A DNA stretch of 62,994 nucleotides, the filler included, from Hyphochytrium catenoides (Eukaryota > Protista > Hyphochytriomycota): assembly GCA_900088475.1 (NCBI GenBank). It is 12 parts of 12 records of this genome, joined end to end, with 100 filler letters (N's around TTAATTAATTAA, not from the genome) between each part and the next. Parts side by side here need not be neighbours in the genome. Positions count along the whole stretch, not along the records: positions 1 to 30,175 come from FLMG01004308.1; 11 more parts are not named here. One strand, given 5' to 3'. Below, in pieces: positions 11,671 to 23,819 of the stretch. Each line of letters begins with the position of its first letter. Within the stretch, counting starts at the first letter, position 1. Under the pieces are notes generated by a model. It was not told where the DNA came from, ran no database searches, and saw only the letters and a list, made by a program, of their open reading frames with translations. The position numbers and the translations under genes were made by a program.

Positions 11671-13903
11671 CTAGACAGGAGCTAGAAAGTCCTGATCGCT
11701 TCGTCAACTTAGCTCTTCTCCTCCTCAATTGTCATTATCGGAAAAAGAAGAGTCAAGTTGAACTCCTCAGCGATAACAGAAGGAGAAGGTTGAGCAAGAG
11801 GAGAAGAGGACGGACGAGAGAATCATTATTATCACATCGATCAGGCAAGCAAGAAGAGCGGGGTCGTCCAACTGCTAGAGATGAATAATACGCTTTCTTC
11901 ATAATCGGTATCCCAGGCGCGCTGGCGCGGCGGTACCGAAGGGTCCTTGGCCTTTCTAAGGAAGAAGAAAAAGAGAAGGGTATGGGATGAGCGTAAGCAC
12001 AGCGTCGTGGCGCTCGAACGACCCATGAAAGAACGCTTCAAATAAATCTTTTTCAAAGCAGCACAATAGACAACAAGCCATAATACACAGCAAAGAAAGA
12101 AGACATTAGAGACTGCGTACAAACACCCAGATGAAGGGGGAAAAGTAAGAGAGGACCTTGTAAAGACGGCCGCCCCAGTGACAGACAGGAGCAATATGGC
12201 AAACACAAAGCAGCGTTATAGGGATCCAGAACAGTCCGCAAACCCGCAAAGAGTTTATGTCTCTCTTGTAGTTCTACTCTCGTAGAACTATTCTACAAAA
12301 CAGTGCTTATTTTTTAGGAAAAGGTAAAGCAAGAGGAACAGTAGTTCGCAGTAGGTGAAGGAGAGATGAGCAGCAACAATAATAATACCGCAATACAGAA
12401 GATGCCATAGCTCATAACAAAATCACTTCATAGTTCACGGAGTATTATTTATATGCCCTCCTTATTACCACTACTACTAGGAACTACCTGTATTATTATC
12501 GAGAGCTGTAATGGTATTCCAGAGCTCCCCCCGGTCATTACGGCAAGCGGCGTACGTCACTGTGGAAGAGAAAGAACCAACTTTTCTACACTGTGCTCCT
12601 CCTGCGATCAGAGAGCCAGGCTGTCTTTCCTCTCAGCCCTTGGCTTTCTTCTTGCAAGGTGCCATTTCTCCTCGCTGTGGTGCATCTGTCTCATCACTTC
12701 CCTTCCTATTATCTTCTTTTGCTGCACTGCTTTTCTCTTTCCTTCTTCCACTCACTCTCTCTCTTCTCCCCGGCCTATCATTCACACGTCACAGGTAGGA
12801 AGTAGGGTGCTCTTGCCCGGAGGGTCATCACATGGCATGGGAGAAGAGATGAACAAAGAAGGCATCGAGCGATCATCATTCGCTGTATGTACCACGGTGG
12901 AAGCCGCGGGGTTACTGCTCTGTGGGACTCCTTGTTTGGGCCTTGTTCTTTGACGCTCTTCTTTCTTCGCTGTCACATTCTGCTGAGGAGGCTGGGAGGC
13001 TGATGATGTGCCTCTAGCAGCTAGACTCTAGCTACGATATTGTCCCTTCCGTGACCTCTGTGATGATGGGGAAATGAAGAGAACGAACAATTTTATGCTT
13101 TCTAAAGCCATTATTACAAGGAGAGAACAATGGTGCGGGCTGAAGTTTGGGCTGGCAGATATAGTAACTAGCACGCTGACCGTACCCCGTGGCAATCAAG
13201 AGGATGAGGGGTCCTTGGTTGTTAGCTTGAGCAGGAAGCTGGAGAGGGAAGAATCACGCTACTTCTCCTGCTTTCTCTTTAGAGGTGGATAAGCTCGTTT
13301 ACCTTGTAAGGCTCAAAGTTAATGAAGGTGGTGGCTGGAATGTGGACATTGCCGAACTTGCTCCGCCGTCATCATCGGCCAGGAGTGATCGTCAATACCC
13401 CCAAGGGGAAACATCTTAATTGCTGTTGGTGGTGGTGCCCGTGATCTCCTACGAGGGAGGAGGAGTTTTAAAAGCAGCGCTAGGGCACGTCCGCATTTCT
13501 GACTGACAAGTAGGCCTGTCGCTTGGCGGGCTCGATCTCCTAGGCGATTTCCCGCGCTTACCCAGTGCAGCCAATAAGGAACTATAAGGTTAACAGCAAG
13601 CCACGAAGTCGCCATATCGTGCTGTGACTACTTGGAGTTACCTGAGTGAGAGGCAGGAAAGAAGAGAGACAGCCCCCGGCAAGACGAGTATCGGGTCCGC
13701 TGATAGAAGAGCGGTTCGACCATCGGCCGTTCACTTGCTCTCTGACCGATCAAGAAGCACATCTTTGGGTGGCTGAAGAGAACGGAAAACTGAGAGCGGC
13801 CAGACTCCTTGTCCGCGGCGCCGTCCTCCTTCCTCGGAAGGCTCCGACGAGCGTCGTTTGTCCACCCCTTGCTGGTGTTAAAAACTGCAACAATTATTTT
13901 ATC

Positions 13904-15787
13904 ATGCCTCCTAGGACCCGGAGATGCACGATAGCTACGGCCTCACCCGCCGCCGCCATTGCGGAAGACACGAAAGCCTTATTGAAGACGAGTAGCGAGG
14001 ACGACAAGCAGAAAAGAGTAGCAGGCGTGGATGATGATTCCAAGAAGAAGAGAGGTTCACGCCCTAAGAAAAAGGAGCAATGGAAGCCTCGAGAGCTTCC
14101 TCCTGACTTTCCTGAGCGGATTGGTTACGCTTGCTTGAACACTATTCTGAGAGTGGAGAAGCCTCCAGTATTCTGTTCTAGAACTCTCCGCTTGTCCACG
14201 CTGAAGGAAAAAGGAATGGAGTATGTCTACGAGCTGGCAAGGCAGAATCTCAAGGACTTGGAGGCGCTCATCAGGTGGAACGACGCCCATCATATCAAGT
14301 TCATGCGAATGTCCAGCGAGATGTTCCCTTTCGCTAGTCATGAGGAGCACGGCTATTCCCTGGTCTCCTTTGCTGACGAGCTCAAACAGATAGGAAGCCT
14401 TGCTAAAGAGCTAGGTCACCGCCTCACCATGCATCCCGGGCAATTCAACCAGCTCGGTTCCCCATCACCGAAAGTTGTTGACGCTACAAGGCGTGACCTG
14501 ATCTATCATGCTGAGATCCTTGACTTAATGGATTTGCCTTCAGAATCAATCATGATTCTGCATATGGGAGGCGTCTATGGGGACAAGGTGGCTACCATTC
14601 AGCGATGGGAGGCTGAGTTTCAAAGACTTCCAAAGCACGTCCAAGACCGACTTGTCATAGAGAATGACGAGCTCAACTACAACGTTGAAGAGATACTACC
14701 CACGTGCAAGAGGCTCAACATTCCGCTCGTCTTTGACTATCATCACCATGACATCAACCCGGGAACACGACCTCTGGAGGAGCTGCTGCCAGAGATAGCA
14801 GCGACATGGACAAGAAGAGGGATCAGGCAGAAGGTTCACTATAGCGAGGGGCGACAAGGAGCTGTCACCGTTGTTGAGCGACGAGGGCATTCTGATCGGG
14901 TCAAAAGCCTTCCTCTCTGTGGAAAGGAGGTCGACCTAATGATTGAAGCCAAGGATAAGGAACAGGCTGTGCTTGAGATGTTCCAGCTCTACGGTTGCTT
15001 CCCTGTGGATAAGAAGCTCATCTGGAAAGCCTTACCAGAAGCCACCAGAGTCTGTGACAAAGTAGCTAGGAAGGTGACACGGACCAGGGTTAAGAAGACG
15101 AGTGTCAAGCAAGAAGCAGAGGAGACGGCTGAAGAAAATGCTATGGATATCAACGACAACGCTCCAGGCAAGTCAGGGGATGCGCGAAAGCGAAAGAGGG
15201 TAAGCAAGCGGGTTGTCACCTCATCGTCTGTTGAGGAGCTTGAAGAGGAAGGAGGAAATGTTGTCGATGAACAAGGAGGGAATGGAAAGAGGCAACGAAA
15301 GGCTCGCAACAGTAAAAAGGAGATGAAGAAGGTAAAGCTTGAAGCTACACTGGAGCTTGCAGAGAATGAAAGGGACACTAAGCAAAGCAAGAGCTTGAAA
15401 AGGAAGACGACGAAGAAGGTTGCGGTGTCAGCGCACCAGGAGGAAGAAGAGCAGACGCTTGTCGATAAGGAGAATGTGCAGATTGGCGAGCTTAAACCAC
15501 TACTTCCTCAGCGCAACGCCATCGTACGGCGCAAAACCCGGACTGTAGACTTTGTGGCGAACGTACAGGAGGAAGAGGGTGTGCCGCCTGCTGGGCTGGA
15601 AGACAGCGAGGTCAGACACGGCACAGACAAGAAGCGGGTGACAACTAAGAAAACAGTTGTGCATGTAGAGCAGCGCGAGGTCAAGGTTGAGGTCAAGCGA
15701 GTGAACAACGTGAGTAAGGTAAAAGACGGGTTAGGAGTGGGCAGCGCTGCTTTACCGAGAAGACGATCAGCTAGGGTTAGCAGTTAG
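13904..15787 (+). CDS. uve1: UV-damage endonuclease (UVDE/UvsE family) with a Lys/Glu-rich C-terminal tail; intronless
   Basis: RIGYACLNTILR, VFCSRT, FMRMSSEMFPFASH, RLTMHPGQF, MILHMGGVYGDK, RLVIENDE, PLVFDYHHH, QKVHYSE, HSD and DLMIEAKDKEQAV are hallmark Uve1/mus-18 motifs. The first in-frame ATG is at 13904. Confidence 0.95.
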   Translation: MPPRTRRCTIATASPAAAIAEDTKALLKTSSEDDKQKRVAGVDDDSKKKRGSRPKKKEQWKPRELPPDFPERIGYACLNTILRVEKPPVFCSRTLRLSTLKEKGMEYVYELARQNLKDLEALIRWNDAHHIKFMRMSSEMFPFASHEEHGYSLVSFADELKQIGSLAKELGHRLTMHPGQFNQLGSPSPKVVDATRRDLIYHAEILDLMDLPSESIMILHMGGVYGDKVATIQRWEAEFQRLPKHVQDRLVIENDELNYNVEEILPTCKRLNIPLVFDYHHHDINPGTRPLEELLPEIAATWTRRGIRQKVHYSEGRQGAVTVVERRGHSDRVKSLPLCGKEVDLMIEAKDKEQAVLEMFQLYGCFPVDKKLIWKALPEATRVCDKVARKVTRTRVKKTSVKQEAEETAEENAMDINDNAPGKSGDARKRKRVSKRVVTSSSVEELEEEGGNVVDEQGGNGKRQRKARNSKKEMKKVKLEATLELAENERDTKQSKSLKRKTTKKVAVSAHQEEEEQTLVDKENVQIGELKPLLPQRNAIVRRKTRTVDFVANVQEEEGVPPAGLEDSEVRHGTDKKRVTTKKTVVHVEQREVKVEVKRVNNVSKVKDGLGVGSAALPRRRSARVSS

Positions 15788-17032
15788 GGGAAAGCTCCTA
15801 TTAACCCTGTCGCATATTCAAATGAAATGGCGTCATCCTGGAGAACTCATCTAGTGCAGAGGATATTCCATGCCATGCTTTCTGCTGACAGCCGAGCGCT
15901 CGTTCGGTTTACCGAAGTAGCCAGTTTGAAGTCCGGGTCGCATGTCCTCTTTACTTATTCTGTAGCGCTGCTACCTTAGTCCAACTATAGACTTCTCCTC
16001 TTTGGACGGATAGACGGAGTCTGCATATACTGCTAGCGTGGTGCCCGCGCGTGAGCCTTTCAGTGCTTAGGAGTACCTGTCTGGTGGCTGAGGTTTCCAA
16101 GTCGGAAGTAGTCAGATGTGAAAGGTGACAGAGCATGCTCACAGGGTTCCATCTTCCTCTACCTCTTGGGCCCCCTACTACTCTATGATAGCAATATAGC
16201 CTGGTAACTCCTCTCTGCTTGCTCCCTTAGGATCTCAAAAGTTGCAACCGTCTGAGGGCCCTCGGCCACCTTTCAGCGTCAAGTCTGCACAGTGGCTTAC
16301 TAAAGCTTGAGCCAGCTTACAGTAGTGCATAGGATCTTCTCTGACCTTCTCCCATCTATACTCTATGTGGCCTGGCATCGAATCTTGAAAAGATTCAGCG
16401 ATCCACGGAGATCGAGAGTGTGGATCTGCTGGTGTGGATGATATCCAGCTTGCGTCCGAGCTTCACGAGCGGCAGTTCTGGCCTAAGCGTTATTGGATTC
16501 TGATCCTGCAGTTGAGCTTCAGATAGAGCGCCAACCTCCTAAAGGTGTGTCAATAAACTACAAAAAATAAACCCTAGCATAGAAGACCTAGAACCCGGCG
16601 TTGCCACACCGCGAATTGGGGCGGTGAAGGCTTGAATCATGAAGCTTTGGAAGGAACGACAAATAAGGCAGCAGCAGAGCAGCAGCACCCTCAATCAGCG
16701 CACGCTGGCACTTCGTCGCTTCACTCCTCCTCATTCAAGTCTGTCGTTTGGACTCTAGTCAGCCTTTTCTAATGGATGGCGGCCGCCTGGAGGTGATCGT
16801 ATGGCGCTTGCCTCTAGCGATGCTAAAATCGTACACCGTCTGGGAGGGAATTGACTTCGTGACGCTCCTCGCGTCCATTGCTGCGTCTCACAGAGGCTCT
16901 ACTGGGTTTCCAGGCCCATAATTTCAATTCTATTCACCTTTACTTTCAGACGCTGCCTACGCCGCTGAGAACAGCACAGGTGGCTGAAAAACGTCAGCCT
17001 GCCCGGTACTTGGGGGGAGCTCGTAAAATAGC

Positions 17033-18818
17033 ATGCCGAGTGTCATTCTGGCTACGGCAGGCTATGACCACACCATCAGATTTTGGGAAGCCCCGAGCGG
17101 CATCTGCTATCGCACCGTTCAGTACCCGGACTCGGTACGCATATGTGAGGAAGTCACCTATTTTAATTCGCACTCAGTTGTTCTTCCCCTGGATAGCAAG
17201 TGAACCGGCTGGAGATAACGCCAGACAAGCAGTTCCTGGCTGCAGCAGGCAACCCTCACATCCGCCTCTTTGAGATCAATAGCAATAACCCTAATCCAGT
17301 AAGCATTTGATGTCCGCGGGACTCTCCTCAAGCATTAGGCTTACCCAGCTCACAACGAGTCATCTGACACATTTTCAGCCGAGTGGACCCCACTTCCCAC
17401 TTTCCTCGATCTCCTGTCCTTGTCTTTCTGGCTTGGAGCGTGTTATGAATCTTCCCTATCTTATAGTTCCATCGCTGCAGGTGACCAGTTATGACGGGCA
17501 CTCTGGGAATGTCACAGGTGTTGGCTTTCAGAAGGACGGCAAATGGATGTTCAGCTGCAGCGAGGACGGAACCATAAAAATCTGGGACCTCAGGTAGCAA
17601 GGCCGAGGTTAGCCTCTACGTCCTTCGCTCATTGGGGCTCTTAGCAAGAGGGTGAATAGAGTATAACCCTAAGCTTTAAAAGCTATCCTCGACTTTCTGG
17701 CTCGGGCCCTTAACTCCTCGGTTGCCTGCTTTGCTTCTCCTTAGAGCACCAGGCTGTCAGCGTAACTTTGAGAATGGCTGTGCGGTAAACACCATAGCCC
17801 TCCATCCCAATCAGGTATGGCGCGCGTCGGAGTCACACTGCCATATGCCGCGTCGCTAAGAGTTGGTTTGCTATAGGGTGAGCTCGTTACTGGAGACCAG
17901 AATGGAAATCTGAAGGTCTGGGATTTGACACAGAATCAGGCTATTTATGAGACAGTTCCGGAAGGCGAAGTCGCTATTAGGTCGGTCTCTGTGGCGTCAG
18001 ATGCATCCTTCGTTGCTGCGGCCAATAATCCTGGGAATGTCTACATCTGGGACCCTAAGAAATCGTAAGTGTATACTCTCTCCTTTGATCAACTCTTTTC
18101 TTCTGCGCTGCCCCTCTCCGCTATATCTTCCTCATGTTTTTCTTGTCCCGCATTGAGCTTGCATAGAAGTCTTACTTTCCTTTCTACTTCCTTAAGAACT
18201 GCCTGTTTATAGAGGCTTTTGAAGGATCTCTCACTATTGTTACCACCACAGAGACAGCTACTCTTTAGTGAGCGATTTTAAGGCGCATGATGGGTATATC
18301 TTGAAGTGCCAGTTCAGCCCTGATGTTAGGTGAGTCACTGCTGGGCGTACACTGTAAGAGTAGGCGTTCCTTCCTGATTCTCAACCTCCATAGGCTGCTA
18401 GCAACCACTTCTTCCGACAAAACGGTGAAGATTTGGAACGTACAAGAGAAGTTTAGCCTGTCCAGGACCCTAACTGGCCCGCCTACTGGACATGCGCGCT
18501 GGGTGTGGGACTGCGCCTTTTCAGCGGACTCAAGCTACCTCGTATCAGGTTAGAAAGCCTTTACTCTCCGTTGTTACCAGCGCCTGGTGGCTTGCTGTCT
18601 ACTGTCCATTTGATACCTCTGTCCACGATGCTTGTCCTTGCACTGTCCCTTCATAAACCACATACATGCTGACATTGTCCTCTGCTCGTGGACTAGCGTC
18701 GTCGGACCAGCAAGCCTTTTTGTGGGATTTATCAACAGGGGAAGTCATTCGGCAGTACACTGGTCATCATAAAGCAGTGGTCTGCGTGGCCCTTAATGAT
18801 AGTTCCGTAGATACCTGA
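17033..18818 (+). CDS. LST8: TOR complex subunit LST8 (WD40), 8 exons
   Basis: Exons 17033-17134, 17197-17298, 17481-17593, 17745-17814, 17877-18064, 18252-18329, 18394-18548 and 18697-18818, all GT-AG and in phase. They give [45 protein letters not shown]...[20 protein letters not shown]...[15 protein letters not shown]. Confidence 0.96.
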
Positions 18819-19435
18819 AGTAGCTGCTGGTCCTGTCAGTAGCCTATCAGAGCTCAGCAGAAAGCTAGACGATACTTTGAGAAGCGTGCGTCGGAGACCT
18901 GACAAGTGTCTAGCTTCTGCATAGAGATGTCTTTAGATGGCTAATTTTACGATGCAATTATATAACTTAGTACTGAAAATATATACAGACCGGTGAAAAG
19001 CTAATCTACGGCTTGAGAAGGAGCCTTCATTCGATGCCTAACTCTCTATAAACTACCTCTGCTTGATGGCTCCACATCCCTTGCACCTACTCTACTCTAG
19101 TCTTTAGGGGATTCCACCTCTATTGTCCTATGGGTTGCACTAGAAATCTATGGGTCCCCTCTTCTGCCACAACCCTACCATCCGACTTTATGTTACACCG
19201 AGGCGCAGTCCAGCTTCCTCTTACTTACTCGGAGCCAGCTATCTAAAGAGCGAAGGGACTACTGTGGAACTGCTTCAACGACTGGAGGATTGGTCCTAGC
19301 TGGGGTCAATGGGTACTAGGACCTCTTGCTCTTCCTTACGCTCGCTCTTCTTAGTCAACGTTACCCAGCTGATGCTTCGGGCTGCATGGATGCGGCTTAC
19401 CGCTCAACAATGGCCTTGGTCAGGAGAGATCGCTC

Positions 19436-22180
19436 CTATGTAAAAGAGGAGTCGAATTCTGCCGTTCTCTGAGCGCTGCAGAACTCAGCAGTCCGCCTCG
19501 TAGCATCCACCAGTTCCCTCTCCTTAAGATTCAGAAGCTGCAGTTCGGCGGTCTTGAGCCAGTTTGCCGTCATTAGCTCTCCGGTCGGGGTCTTATTGAC
19601 CGAGCCAGGGGCGATCAAGCACTGCGGTTCACCTAATGCGTTCACGTACTATGCCACATGGGATAAAACACGGTAAGGACGGAATGAAGTTAATAGTGCG
19701 AAAGCGAACAATGCGACTGCCCAGCTGGAAGCATAAATAAGAGCGGGTCCGTGTGACCACGAAGGAGTGAAGAAAGAGTACCATCAAAGAGCCTTTCCTG
19801 TATAAAGAAGATGTAGCGGAAAGGACGCATCTCGACCAAAAACCAACGTAGAAGCACCCACACACATGGCCGACGCAAATCCCTCTATTGATGACAGCTG
19901 CTCCTAGTATAATTAGAGATTATAGCCTCACCTCAAACTTCTCTAAGCTGAAAACCGATTTTCTCTCTTCTGCCACAGACGAAGGAGGAGTTGCTGTCTG
20001 AAGCGCTAAGTGATGACAGAGGCCCAGCACCCAGCAGGTTAGCTGAGCCTTGCTCTCTGCTCTAAGAACTATGCGCTGCCTGTAGGTCTCGATCTAAATT
20101 TCGGCGAGCAAAGAGAAGGTTGAAGTCAATGTTTGAGGATGATGGCCTAACATGTCTGGCATACCTGGAACTCATTCTTGCTATAATTTCTAATGTCCAC
20201 ACTTCGGATCTGCTGCAAGAGAAACCGCCCTGAGGTGAACAGAGACGTAAGCAATCCGCATCAGTGCTCGGGTCGAAGCCCTTATCTTTGTGTACCTTGA
20301 CACTCAAACGTAACATGAGCCTCTCAGCGAACCCACACAAAGGAACAGACTAACAAAAGAGGGCGCTATACCTACCGAGAATTTCCATGGAGTCCTGGCT
20401 GCGGTAGTACAGGAACTCATTCGTATGAGTATCGACGACAAACCATCGTTTACGCCAGGAATAACCAAACATAAGGCTGTGAGAGTCAGCAAGTCGTATG
20501 GGTTAAGGACAACAACGGTCCAGTGATGAAAGAGCGACTGAAGTTCTAGCGAGAAAGAGAGAGGAGCTGTCCAGACAAGGAGCCAGAGTATAGTTCCAGT
20601 GACAGTATAGGTAGGCGCACTACACTTTCTTTGAAAAGGATACGGCCTGAAGCTCTTCTTTAGCTTGAGATAGCCCTGGAGCTGCGGGAGAACTGATACT
20701 CGGCGGGATGTCGGAGTCGTCGACATTGCATACTTTAGCTGTGGCAGAGACCAATACTCCTCTCTCTGGGCATGTGGCAGTGACCATAGGTCTCCTCTGC
20801 TGCTTGACATACTTCTGAAAGACCCTGTACTGGCCTTAGGAGCAGAAGGCTGGTCGTAGGGATCGAAGCCTGTCGGGGTTGATAGAGGTGACATACCAAA
20901 GCCCAGGCGGCTAGTCTCACTGGGAAGGCAGAAGCTGTCATCGTGGCCCCATAACTCTGAACCGCTCTCATCAGCTGTCGTGTCTTGCTCTATCGACTCG
21001 ATACTGACGTCCCCACAGCGACCAATTGCAGCCAGGTTTCTTGTCTCTTTCTGCAGCGGAATCTCTTCCATGTCACAACTGCACGAGTCACGCTCGGCTG
21101 CATAACCTAAGGTACTTTGCACTGTGAGGAGTAGGTTGTCAAGAGCACCGGGGCCGCTATTCTGCAATGGCAGCAGATCCGTCTCGGGTGCAGGAGAGGT
21201 GTGTGATCTTATAGCTAGGACTGAGTATTCACGCTTAACCTCTGTGACACCGTGGCTCTCCCACACTCTCTCTTGCTCCTGACAGCGGTCATCTTCACTT
21301 TCGCTGGACTCGACCGACATCCGCCGGCTCGCGTCAGTAGCCCCTAAAAGTCCCCAGAAGCCACCTGGAGCACGTGATGCCAAGTAAACAGGAGACGACA
21401 TGGCCAAGCTCGCCAGTTCATAGTATCCATGAGACTCAAAATACGCCACGCCTCTATTAACGGCTTCAGGAAGCGGGAGCTACATGCAGTGGAAGCGGTG
21501 GAAGGATAAGAAGCCAATGAGAAGACCGGCAAAAGAGGAGATATTACAGAGGACAAGGCCGAATGGTAGTGAGCGCTACCTAGGTCACTAGCCATACTAT
21601 GCGAGGGATTCCCCACGTGAACAGAGAACAGTTAGATTACCTGGTATATTTCCTGCAAGTGTGACTCAAAGAGCATCTGCTCATTGTCAGGGCTGTTTTC
21701 TGGACTTAGGAGTGCGCTCATGGGAAGGACAGGCGTGCTCGGCAACGCTAGATCCTTAAAGAACGTCTTGCGGGTGCGCTCGCGCCCAAACTCCTGCGAC
21801 CCTAGGGCTGGGGATTTCCTCTTCATGGCGGCCCCACGGCCGTGCCCAAGGACAGACCTAGGACCGGAGCTGATTGGCGGCAAAACCCTTAGAGATAATT
21901 TCTCTGTGACGGGATTAGAAGCACCGGTGTCCTGAAGATTCCTGGCAATGCCATGCTTCTCTTTAAAATTGTTTGACTGCCCGTTGGCAGCAACTCTGGG
22001 ACCTCCCTTATGTGCTATCGAAGAAGCAATGTCATCCTCCTCTTGCTGAGGTTCGAGCTCTTTGCCTCTGCATGGAGCACCACTGGTTATATGCTTCTGA
22101 TCTGGCGCGACCGACAGCTTTGCAAGAGGTCTAGTGCCTGGCGCACGGCCTGCAACCTCTGTCAGGCCCGCCCGTACCAT
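19436..22180 (-). CDS. Multi-exon PH-domain protein with a long Ser-rich N-terminal region (exon boundaries partly uncertain)
   Basis: Spliced pieces give LQGYLKLKKSFRP/LMFGYSWRKRWFVVDTHTNEFLYYRSQDSMEILG/..IRSVDIRNYSKNEFQ/IETYRQRIVLRAESKAQLTCWVLGL, a PH-fold pattern. A second PH-like segment may lie downstream. Confidence 0.7.
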
Positions 22181-22685
22181 CGCCCTTGTGTCTCTTCCCT
22201 CACCCCATTAGATCAACCTCTTTTTATGGAGATCCGCTTCAAGGCCGCCACCTCTATTCACCGACGATAACAAGCGCTTTATTGGAAGCGCTGCAGCGCT
22301 GCTACTCAGAGCTTTTGGATGAGAAATTGGTTGCAACCACGCTTCATAGATGTCCCTTAGACGCCTTTTGGTCGTACAGCTTCCCGCTCTAAGCTCAGGG
22401 CCATCATACCCTAACGCCTCGTCCAGCGCTTGGTGTTAGATAGTGTTGCCCCGAAATAACTGAGGGATATCTAGGTAGGTCAAAGCAGCACAAAGGAAGC
22501 GCTCTTCCTAGTATGATGCGTGATGTCCTGATGTCTTTGCCACTCCTGCGCCGCTGGAGGTAGGAAGATTATCACGTCCGAAAGGAAGCGATGAGACAAA
22601 TCCTCTCTCACAAGAGGACATAGTAGTAGTGAGTCAACCTGTTGCCTCTTTTATTTGGACTTTTACACCTGCTGACTCACAAACA

Positions 22686-22717
<32 letters not shown>

Positions 22718-23819
22718 NNNNNNNNNNCCTCCCGCCCTGTCACTCCCTCTGTCGCTCTGGCACTGGGCAACGGCAGCATGGCTGGCCCCCTCTACCTCTC
22801 TCCCTCTCTTCCTCTCTCTTCCTTTGACTTCCTGTGCTGGTCCTCCCTTCTCTTCCCTTCCCTTTTCGCGCCTCAGCTTCCCGCGCTCTCCTCTCTCTCT
22901 CTCTCTCTTCTCCTCTCTGGATGCTGCCCCGTCCATTGTACGCTCACTCTGTATTTCCTACACTGTATCTATTCCTAGACATAGCCGTCGCACATGTAAC
23001 TGTAGTTCGCAGTCTGCTGTTTAAAGTCATACACCCACCCAGCTATCCTATTGCGTTACCACTGGTAGTAGTGATGCGCCCATCCACCTTCTGGAAGATG
23101 CGAAGTAGTCTCAAAAAGCCACACTTCTCACAGATCCACTGTCCCCTGCATTTCCTCCTTCTACAAGTACTGTACTGAAGGGATCTTTGTCGAAGAGGGT
23201 TCAGTGGTGTGTGGACCGACGAGAGCTGTTCGTATCCGGGAGGAAGTAATAATACCGTTAGCGGCTACTCAACTGCAGCATTTCAAAGCGCTATGCCTTT
23301 CGTTTATTCGCCCCCGAACTTGGGAAACTGCCTTGAGGGAAACTTCTACAGTGGAAACTATAGAGAGTGTGGTACCAGCCATCCAAATAAGCACTGCATA
23401 TATTCTTCATCAGACGTTGTCTATCCTGGACAACAAGGATAATCCTGAGCTATATCAGGGAATCAGGCCAGATCTAGGGTGGTGCTATTTGTACGAGCAT
23501 AAAATCTTCATCCGAAAGATGCAAATGAAGACAAGCAGAAGATTACTACTATCCTATAGGGCCCATAATGTTCAATATCACTTGGTATTACTACTAGCAA
23601 GGCGGCGCCGCCAGCGCTTGCGCAGGCCACTGATCTCGCACACAGGCATTCGGCTTTGTGCAGCTACTTTGGATCTGGTAAGTGGAGCTTCACCTCAGTT
23701 GATACCCGCTGTGTAAGAGCTTGCCTTCTTCTTCAACAATCACCTCGTATCACCTGGACTCACCATCTCTCTTTATCCCTATCTGCCAAACTTCCAGGTA
23801 GTCGAAAGCATTTCAAATC

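Noticed and set aside
13646-13903. GTG-initiated N-terminal extension of UVDE given by the ORF track
   Set aside because: Eukaryotic gene; the first ATG in good context is at 13904.
22980-23445. Cys-rich extracellular-like fragment upstream of EF-1alpha
   Set aside because: Only assembles with several frameshifts and matches no family I can name.
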